DNA of 64,000 bases. Source: Octopus vulgaris. Lineage: Eukaryota. The notes below the pieces were generated by a model. The model worked only from the letters and a program-made list of their open reading frames with translations. It searched no databases and was not told the origin of the DNA. The stretch spans positions 29,822,001 through 29,886,000 of the forward strand of contig OX597823.1 of NCBI GenBank assembly GCA_951406725.2, read 5' to 3'. The translations under genes were made by a program, and so were the position numbers. Each line of letters opens with the position of its first letter. Position 1 is the first letter of the stretch. Shown here piece after piece: positions 54,603 through 64,000 of the stretch.

Positions 54603-55022
54603 TATATAAATACATCAAAAGGCCTCCAAATAAAGAGGCGAGTGCTAGATACACAAAAAGGGGATAAATTTATGAAATGGAATGAAAATCAAAAACGTTT
54701 ACCATCTCAGCTAATTCTGTACTGCAGCTTCATCTTTTTTTTTTTTTTTTAGCAAATGAATAGAATTCATCTGCCAAGGCCAGAATCGTCAGCAGGAAGC
54801 CTTTGTAATCCGAGCTGTACATATTGTTGGAAGCACGTGCAAATCCAACGATCTGTATACCCTAACTTTTCAGACCAGTGCGCAGACTTTGCAAAAAAAA
54901 GATGAAACCGCAGTACAGGATTAGCTGAGATGGTAAACGTTTTTGATTTTCATTCCATTTCATGAATTTATCCCCTTTTTGTGTATCTAGCACTCGCTTC
55001 TTTATTTGGAGGCCTTTTAATG

Positions 55023-55032
<10 letters not shown>
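54603..55032. mobile_element. foldback/MITE with ~150-bp near-perfect inverted arms in TA context
   Basis: 54603-54755 complementary to 54888-55032. Confidence 0.88.
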
Positions 55033-55062
<30 letters not shown>

Positions 55063-55240
55063 AGCAGCAGATTCAACAATATACTTTATTTTTCATCAGA
55101 CAGTTTTTGCTAGAAAAACTGTCATGACAAAAAACTCAGTTACTTTTGTTGTTTTCTGCTGTTGCATAAAGCATATTACTCTACCACTGGTATTTGAGTA
55201 CTCTTTTTTCCACCTTGTTTCACATATATGTGTTTACTCC

Positions 55241-55307
<67 letters not shown>

Positions 55308-55344
55308 GTGTGGTAAGTAGCTTGCTTACCAACCACGGCATTTG

Positions 55345-55645
55345 ATTTTTTTAAAGCCTGGTACTAATTTTTTCTTTCTTTTTTTCCCGAAATGCTAATT
55401 TACGAGGGCATAAACACAATAAGATTGGTGGTCAAGCGGTGATGGGAGACAAACACAGACACAAAGACACACACACATATGCAACGGGCTTCTTTTAGTT
55501 TCCCTCTGCCAAATCCACCCACAAGGCTTTTGGTTGCCCCAAAGCTATAGTAGAGAACACTTGCCCAATCTATCACGCAGTGGGGCTGTATCCGGAACAG
55601 TGTATTTAGGAAACAAGCTTCTTACCACACAGCTTTTCCTGTGCC
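55345..55645 (-). mobile_element. old SINE family 2 copy
   Basis: CAAATCCACCCACAAGGCTTT..CACTTGCCCAA..CTTACCACACAGC. Confidence 0.75.
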
Positions 55646-55805
55646 TATATACAATATATACATTACACTTAATAGAAAACATTGTGAAAGTGAGTAATAA
55701 TGTTTGGGAAAATCGAAAAGCAAAAAACAGAATGTAAAGAGTGGAGGACTGAATCACCCGTATGGTGGCTGTTCATCTCTCCTAAGAGTTTATTATTACC
55801 TACCT

Positions 55806-56038
55806 ACCTATTTCTTTATAATCCACAAGGGGCTAAACACAGAGGGGACAAACAAGGACAGACATAGGTATTAAGTCGATTACATCGACCCCAGTGCGTA
55901 ACTGGTACTTAATTTATCGACCCCGAAAGGATGAAAGGCAAAGTCGACCTCGGCGGAATTTGAACTCACAACGTAACGCAGACGAAATACCGCTAAGCAT
56001 TTCGCCCGGCGTGCTAACGTTTCAGCCAGCTCGCCGCC
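55806..56038 (-). mobile_element. SINE family 1, head-core-tailA
   Basis: Ends GCCAGCTCGCCGCC; flanked by TACCTACCTA on both sides. Confidence 0.88.
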
Positions 56039-56400
56039 TACCTACCTACATACCTACCTACAAGTGTGCATGTGTGTCTCTCTCTCTGTGTGGAGGAAAA
56101 GCATGATGGACACAAGAGGCAGTCTATCCCGTTTGTGTTTCCTACATATGTTTCGCCATGGCAGTTATTCGCATCCTCTGCAGTGTGTGTCCATAGAACA
56201 TTTCAATGCAGATCCACAACGGCTCTTCGGAGGTACACTTTATTACATTATAGTAACAGGGCAAATGCTTGTCACACACGCGTACATAAATACATACACA
56301 AACGCACAAATACAAACACATACATACATACATACATACATACATACATACATACATACATACATACACACACGTACGCGTGCGCACATTCACACATATA

Positions 56401-56855
56401 CATCATCATCATCATTGTTCGACCGTGGTCGAGACAATGGAATTTACCATGCTACGCCAGACTTCACGGTCCATCATGGCATTACGGAGATCCTGTTGCT
56501 GGATGCCTGTATCCCTGGAGATTACATCAGGGTAGGAGAGTGTGCGCCCTCTGGTATTGCGAGTAGATGGCTTCCAGAGGAGAAGAGTAGAAATTACTTC
56601 TTTTTCAGCTCTACAACAATGTCCAGTAAACTGGACTCCCCTACCTTTCACAAGAGATGACACAGGTGGTAGTTTCCCATATATTTGCATTTAGGTTGGA
56701 TGGCGCTTCCACGAGAGATTTTGAGCTCTCACAAGGAGACGAGTGTAGGTTCCATCCAACCGCCTCTCAAGCTTCTTTGATAACGTCCAGGTTTCTGAGC
56801 CATATAGTAGAATTGGTTCGACTGTGGCTTTGAAGATTTCAAGTTTGAAGTCTCT
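56401..56855 (-). pseudogene. 5'-truncated RTE/RTEX-like LINE 3' end with (GAT)n tail
   Basis: FKATVEPILLYGSETWTLSK..FTGHCCR..AMMDREVWR; one internal stop. Confidence 0.9.
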
Positions 56856-57237
56856 ATACATATACACACACAAGACAAAGACATTGAAACCCTGAATATA
56901 CACAGAGCGAATAGGCATATTTCCAAACATTGGAATAGGCACCAGCAGAGAGTGACAGAACATAAGAACTATCGGTGGAAAAACTTGTTCATAGGGAATT
57001 TTTAGGACATGTTACTATGTTGAATTGGAGCTGTCTTGTTTTTCGATGGAATGTGAGTGGAGTTGAAATGGGCTGAATAAAGAAGGATTTCGTTTAGATA
57101 TGTGTGTGTGTTTGTGTGTATGTGTGTGTGTGTATGTATGCATGTGAGTGTACACGTGTGTGTGTATACGTGTGTGTGTGAGAGTGTGTACGCATGTGTG
57201 AGAGTGTGTACGCGTGTGTGTATGTGTGTACGCGTGT

Positions 57238-57274
<37 letters not shown>

Positions 57275-57619
57275 TGTGTGTGTACGCGCGCGTGTGTTTA
57301 TGTGTGCGTATGTGTGCGTGTGTCTGTGTACGCGTATTTGTGTATATGTATGTGTGTGCGTGTGTGTATGCGTGTGTGTTTATGTGTGTGTATGCGTACC
57401 TGTGTGTACGCGTGTGTGTACGCATGTGTGTGTATGTGTGTGTATGTGAGTATGTATATGTGTGTGTGTGACAGAGTGAGACAGAGAGATAGAGAGAGAG
57501 AGAGAAAAAGAGAGAGAGAAATAGGGAGAGAAAGAGAGAGAGAAATAGAGAGAGAGAGAGAGAGAGCTATAAAGTATGTGGTTTGGGTGCTTCTGAGGAC
57601 AACAAGAGGCGTGGTTGCG

Positions 57620-57912
57620 TATAATCTAAGAGATGAAGAGGTGTGGCAGAAGTGGAGTCGAGTGGCATTGGAAGAACAAATTCTGATGCACAAGTGAGGA
57701 TGGATAGGCCGTATCTTAAGGAAACCAACATCCTGCGTTACACATCAGGAAGTCACAAGGGAGATGGAAAAAAGGACGCCCTAAAAATACCTGGAAACAA
57801 GATACTGGGGGAGAGTTGAAAATGCAGAGAACTATCTGGAGGGAGGCAGAACAGACGACAGTGGAGAGAAGTCGTCGATGACCCATGCTCCATAGGAAAG
57901 CGTAGACTTAAG
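57620..57912 (+). pseudogene. eroded RTE LINE 3' end
   Basis: EEVWQK..WIGRILRK..GRPKNTWK..WREVVDDPCS. Confidence 0.75.
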
Positions 57913-59329
57913 GAAATAAATTAGCCTTAGCTGAGTATACCTATCTGAAATGTGTTTCAGATAGCTATGGTTGTTTGTTTCATATTGTATAACGACGTCT
58001 ACATTGTTCGAGTGGTGGGGATCAAGGATTTGTTGGGTGTTTTGCTCAAAAGTTTCGAGAAAAATTATTCTAGTAAGGATTGACTCCCTTTCTTTGACTG
58101 TTGCCCGTAAAACCTTGGTCCCGATTTATTTGGTGTCGGCTCGGCTAGAAAGGGTGTTGCCAGGGCAACTAAAACATCACTCCTGCATTCGCCACTGTTG
58201 TTTAACCAGTTTATATTTTTGAAGGTGATTGAAGAAGGCTTGGATGTAATTTTAATCGGTCGAAGGAACGCGAAAGAACTCCGGGTATAAATACCAGAAT
58301 CGAACTTCACGGACATTGCTATTGTTTGGAAGCTGAATATTTTTTATGAAGATGACGAGAAGAGAAACCATACCATAGGAAGAGGGCTTCTTGAAATTCT
58401 ATGCTTCGTGATATCACTTGCGAACTGTGCTGAAGATTTTATGCTATCATGGGCCAACTGATGGAGTATCCTCTCGCAACTCTTTGTGCCAACTCGAAGC
58501 GGACTAACCCATGGCGGTGCTGAAATGGAATTGTGATAAGGAGCGGCGCATTGAGAGACTACTTTCACCAAACCAGGTGACTGATCTTTCAAAGAATTGG
58601 GAGCAAAATATTAAAACCACATTGCCAGCAAAAAGTGAGGTTTGGTGGTTTATCGTGGCAACTCGTAATATGGAGAAGGATTGTGTTGTATGACAGAACT
58701 GAAAACCGGTTTTAATTACGTGTTTCCATTTGGAAGCCATTTTGCTGATACACGTTCTGCTTTCCTTGCAGTTACATAGAAATCACTTCTCCTTTATGGC
58801 AGTTCTTTATTATAGATTCTTAAGGCTACAAGCCAAATGCACGAGCGCGCACACACACACACAGACAAAGTGGTTATTACATATTTTTATTATCACTATC
58901 TATCTATCTATTATCTACCTATCTATCTATCTATCTGTCTGTCTGTCTCTGTCTCTGTCTGTCTGTCTCTGTATCTGTCTGTCTCTCACTCTCTGTATAT
59001 ATATATATATAACAAAGATATATGGGTGTCAATTCATTACGGCCGAATTGACACCTGTACATCTTATTTACATTCTATTCAACTAAACTTGAATCAGCAC
59101 TTCGGAAACACTATAGAAATTATCTTTATAAAAAGTACCTGACTGAATTACCAAGAGCAGATATCCTCACTTGGATGGATTGCGTTGTCTACACACACGA
59201 CAGGAATATTGAGTACAAATACCCCTACACGGAGTCTTGATATTCAATATTCAAATAATATTATCTGAGTGTGCGGATTATACCAAACTAGCAAGGTGCC
59301 TCATTCAATTTAAGTACCTAATTCAACTG

Positions 59330-59422
<93 letters not shown>

Positions 59423-59506
59423 TTTCAGCTCAGAGCTCAGCTCGTCACCGGAAAAGGATATATATTTGCAAAGGGGACCCACTTTTTATCGGCAATCGGT
59501 GATTAT

Positions 59507-59551
59507 CACACGCAGATGACGGGTCAATACCCAGAAACTCGAGTCCGTGTG
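59507..59551 (+). ncRNA. minimal type I hammerhead motif (U4>A variant)
   Basis: CACACG-CAGATGA-C-GGGT caat ACCC-A-GAAACTCGAGTC-CGTGTG. In a unique island between (TA)n tracts. Confidence 0.7.
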
Positions 59552-59739
59552 TATCATGTCAGATTGAAGATGGCTTCCATTTGCAAATACTGATAGAGCA
59601 CAGAAAGTGTATCAATAGCCAGCTGGAGGAGGTGACTTCCTGGGGCTACAAGCAACAGTAGCATCCACCCTTAAGGGTTAGCCACATTTGAGTGGCAAAT
59701 ATACTTCACGTTGTCGTGCAGCTACTGTTTATACCTCGC

Positions 59740-59788
<49 letters not shown>

Positions 59789-59811
59789 TAAAAATAAATG
59801 TGAAACAGAGA

Positions 59812-59863
<52 letters not shown>

Positions 59864-59919
59864 GGCGGTGCTCCAGTATGGCCACACCTCATGAGCCGAA
59901 ACTCGATCAAATTAAATCA

Positions 59920-61075
59920 TCTTTATATATATAAAACTGAGAATGTGTGTCTGTCTGTCTGTCTGTGTGTTTCCCTAAAACTTGAGAACTGCACAACCAA
60001 TTACATTCAAATTTTACACACGCCTTACTTAGGGTCCGGGGAGTGTCATCGGCAAAAAAAAATGTTTTGAACTTTTTGCCTAGGGCGAGCCCACAGCAAT
60101 ATCATATCTTCTCCACTACGATTCCCTAAAACTTGAGAACTACACAACCAATTCCATTCAAATTTAACACATGCCTTACTTAGGGTCTATGTAGTTTCAT
60201 GGGCAAAAAAAATGTTCAACTTTTTGCCTAGAACGAGCCCATAGCAATATCATATCTTCTCCACTATTTCAGTATTACGTGTTAAAAGTGAAACAAAAAC
60301 GTTTCTCTATTTTATGTCAGATACTTTCACTTTAACAATAAAAATAATAATAACAATTGAATTATATGTAGTAAGTAATAATTAAAATAAAACTAAAGTA
60401 TAATATCATCGTAACATAACAAAAGTAAAAATAGCAATTGGTATAAAATTGCATCAATGATTTGAACTTGAATAAGTGGTTTCACATGAATGGGAATAAA
60501 TTAAAAATAAAATTAGCGTGCAGAAATGGAATAGTCCAGATGAATAATAAAAAATTAAATTAAAGAAAAGACTATTGTCTATAAAGTGTACAATGTAGAG
60601 AAAAAAGAAGATTTGAATACATGGAGGAAAGCACCTTCGAAAAGCGGTAAATTCACCACAATAGAAGCAAGGTTCGAGTCAACGGAGCGTGCAAGGGAGT
60701 ACTCGACTCGAACTTGCAAAGTGGAAATATTTTATTTTTACCTTTATATCTGGGAAGTAGGACGTGCCGGATAAAAATTAAAAATGTCCCCCCACCCCCA
60801 CCCAGAAGTTGAGGTAGGCTGGATTGTAGCCACACTTCTATACAAGAGGGGGGACAAGATACAATTGATCGAAATTACAAGAGACGGGCTAACAATTCCA
60901 TTCTGTTATATATTTTGAGTATTGTTATCACTAGCGATATCAAGATATAACTTTGTATTTTGTATTTTATGTGTAGATGTATATATATAGATGTACATGT
61001 AATATGTACACATATATATACACATATATACATGCACTAGCACTATGACCCGGCAACGACGGGTATTTAATGCTA

Positions 61076-61076
<1 letters not shown>
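59920..61076 (+). mobile_element. non-autonomous Helitron
   Basis: A|TC start (TCTTTATATATATAAAA, then (TGTC)n). 3' hairpin ACCCGGC-AAC-GACGGGT and CTAG|T. Internal ~150-bp tandem duplication 59971-60118/60122-60267. Confidence 0.8.
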
Positions 61077-61127
<51 letters not shown>

Positions 61128-62226
61128 CGTATGTATGTATGTAGGTATGTATGTATGTATGTATGTATGTATGTATGTATGTATGTATGTATGTATGTAG
61201 GTATGTATGTATGTATGTATGGTAAAACGTGAGTGATGTAAAGTGAAGGCGAGAAAAACGTAGTAAAAATGAGAAAAGAGGGGAAGAATGATAGAGAGAG
61301 TAGAAGAGAGGAGGAGGGGAAGAGAAAGAGGTGAATGAGTAGGAGACTGACTGTGGGGGTATGATGTTCATCCTCATCATGAAGATGATGATGAGGAGGA
61401 GGAGAAGAAGGAGGCGGATAGGGAGAAGGCGTAGGAAGCATCAGAAGAAAACAGAAGAAAACAGAAGAAATTCAAAAGTTGAGAGATGTGAAGGAATATC
61501 CCACCATGTTTGATTGGCTATCAGCGTCACTACGATGCTCCGCCGTCCACCAAAAACGCCTCGGCAAATTTCTGTTATTTTCCATTAGATTTAATTTATT
61601 TATTTATCTGTTTATTTATTCATTTTGGATAAGCAATTTGTTTTGTTTTTTTAAAAAAAAAAACGAGAAAGAAACTCCGGCTGGAAGAAGACAAACAGAC
61701 AGACTCGAAGACAATGAGAAGCAAAGCATGTAGGTTGGTCGGCTGGTCGGCTGGTTGGAAGGTAGGCTGGCTGGCTGGCTGGTAGGTCGACTGGTAGTAG
61801 GAAATATATCGACGAGAACGAAGGAGAAGAATATTGAAAACCTGTGCGGTAAATGACGTCATCAGTCAGTGCAACGACCGGCTGGTTTAACACAGATTAT
61901 TAATGTATGTCAAATATATTATTGTAAACATACAACACACACGTGTGGGTGTTTCTCTGAGAGAATGGAAGACTTGTGTATTTACATATATATTTATCGA
62001 AGCAGTTGAACACTGAAGCACCTACACACACACACATGCACTCACACGCACACACCGCCACCACTACCACCACCAGCACCACCACCACAAATTTATATTA
62101 TATAATATTGCGATATAATATAATGATAAAATATATGTGTGTATATGTATAATATATATCATAAATTATCTATACTATATATTACATGTATACACATATA
62201 CACGTAATATATAATACACGTATAGT

Positions 62227-62265
<39 letters not shown>

Positions 62266-62389
62266 AAAAAAAGAGTAGAGAGTAAGGAAATAAGGATATA
62301 AAGTTCACAGTTCATTTTTCAGAGGGTAAGGATGTTAGTCCGAATGTCCTTAGATAAATTCCAAAGTATATCCAAACAGTATTGAGGCA

Positions 62390-62453
<64 letters not shown>

Positions 62454-62678
62454 ATAAAAATGGTAAGATAACAAAAGAAAGAAAGAGACCTCGATATTAT
62501 GTAAATAGAGGAATTTATCTGTAAAAGTAATATGTGACAATTATTCGGTAGCCAAGATAAAACTCCGAGTTTCGGACGCCACCATCTCTTCGGGATGGAT
62601 GGATAGGATTACAAATGGCTGGTATGTAATTGTATATTAGTATTTTTGTATTTGTTTTTGTATAGTGTGCGTAAAAAA

Positions 62679-62760
62679 CATCCTGATGAGGGGAGTGTCA
62701 GTTTTGATAATATGAAATATATCATATTACTTGGCACGTCTCTGAAACGGCCCGTAGATG
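62679..62760 (+). ncRNA. type I hammerhead ribozyme with long stem II
   Basis: CATC-CTGATGA-[GGGGAGTGTCAG..TAATATGA/TCATATTA..TTGGCACGTCTCT]-GAAACGGCCCGTA-GATG. GUA site after 62756. Confidence 0.75.
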
Positions 62761-62848
62761 GAAATACAGTGTAGCCGACAAAATCAAAAACAATGTGCAT
62801 GAGTGAAATAGAAAATATTAAATGGCGATAATTTATCCATCGCACCAC

Positions 62849-62938
<90 letters not shown>

Positions 62939-62976
62939 TCATATATATATAATATGTGACCATTAGTTAGTTGTCA

Positions 62977-63037
62977 TAATAAAACTCAGTTTCGGATGCC
63001 GGGGCTGAAGTCTGCTCCGGCATCTCATCAGTTATTA
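62977..63037 (-). ncRNA. type I hammerhead ribozyme
   Basis: Minus strand TAATAA-CTGATGA-GATGCCGG..CCGGCATC-C-GAAAC TGA GTT-TTATTA. Confidence 0.72.
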
Positions 63038-63176
63038 AGACATATTATATTTATAAATTCCTCTATTTATATAATAAAGTGGTCTCATTCATTCTTTTAC
63101 TGTCATATTATTATTATTATTATTACTCATACACACACTCACATATATATATATGAATAAGATGGATGCATAAATA

Positions 63177-63572
63177 TTCTTTTCTACTTTAGGTACAAGA
63201 CCTAAAATTTGGAGTGCGGGGGCCAGTCGATTAGATTGACGCCAATATGCAACTGGAACTTAATTTATCGACCTCGAAAGGATGAAAGGCAAAGTCAACC
63301 TCGGCGGAATTTGAAATGAGAATGTAAAGACAAATGAAATACCTATTTATTTACTACCCACAAGGGGGTAAGCACAGAAGAGACAAACAAGGACTGACAA
63401 ACGGATCAAGTCGATTATATCGACCCTAGTGCGTAACTGGTACTTATTTAATCGACCCCGAAAGGATGAAAGGCAAAGTCGACCTCGGCGGAATTTGAAC
63501 TCTGAGTAGCAACAGATGAAATACTGCTGAGCATTTCGCCCGGCGTGCTAACGATTCTGGCAGCTCGCAGCC
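63177..63572 (-). mobile_element. SINE family 1, dimeric copy
   Basis: Head-core-tailA-core-tailB on minus strand. Confidence 0.88.
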
Positions 63573-64000
63573 TATGATGCATGCACACATATTAAAAAGA
63601 CATATGTATTTATGAATGTGTACGTATGTATATTTGAAACCGTTTCTGATTTCTCCTCTCTCTCTGGTTGTCATCACATAACATCCTTGCATCTCTAAAT
63701 TCTACTCCAACCACACTTCTTTCCTTTAGCCGCTTTTTAATCGCAATTTTATCTGACGTTAGAAGCCGTCTCTGTTTCAATTCCATTCACTTCCACCCCA
63801 TCACCCCTCCGACAGAACCGTCCATTCTCGTCCACACTTTCTGCCTATTCATGCAAGTCTCTTCCTTTTCCCCAACATCGTTTTTCTTCCACTTTCACCC
63901 CTACCTTTTACCTGCGCCACACCGGTTTTTATCCATCAACTACACCGACTCTTGTTCGATTTCATCTCGCACCAAAACCTCTATCAATTAATTGCCCCCA

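Noticed and set aside
57970-58720. Possible eroded L1/Tx1 reverse transcriptase or host exon
   Set aside because: Only faint motif resemblance (RLERVLP, PLS.LFV) across broken frames; needs a profile search.

Overview
Gene-poor, AT-rich eukaryotic DNA dominated by microsatellites and transposable-element relics. The SINE families and repeat landscape point to an octopus genome (inference). No intact host protein-coding gene is supported, and nearly all ORF-track entries are translated microsatellites. Recognisable elements: four families of tRNA-derived SINEs, a degenerate maT/Tc1-mariner transposon with TIRs, an internally deleted AcademX-like (transposase + XPG nuclease) transposon, a Gypsy integrase remnant with its 3' LTR, RTE/CR1/R4-Dong LINE fragments, two non-autonomous Helitrons and several foldback/MITE structures. 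The most notable signal is a dense set of minimal type I hammerhead-ribozyme motifs (CUGANGA-stem II-GAAA, short or palindromic stem III, NUH site, stem I) in several different short elements inserted in (TA)n/(AAT)n tracts, often as inverted or partial-tandem pairs typical of Penelope-like element (PLE) termini. One family occurs twice (242-890 and 18892-19708) as tRNA-like Pol III head + (AAT)n + hammerhead-bearing PLE-type tail, a candidate SINE mobilised by Penelope-like machinery. A separate 506-bp partial-tandem unit with a canonical hammerhead resembles a retrozyme. All structures were read by eye; no folding or database search was run.
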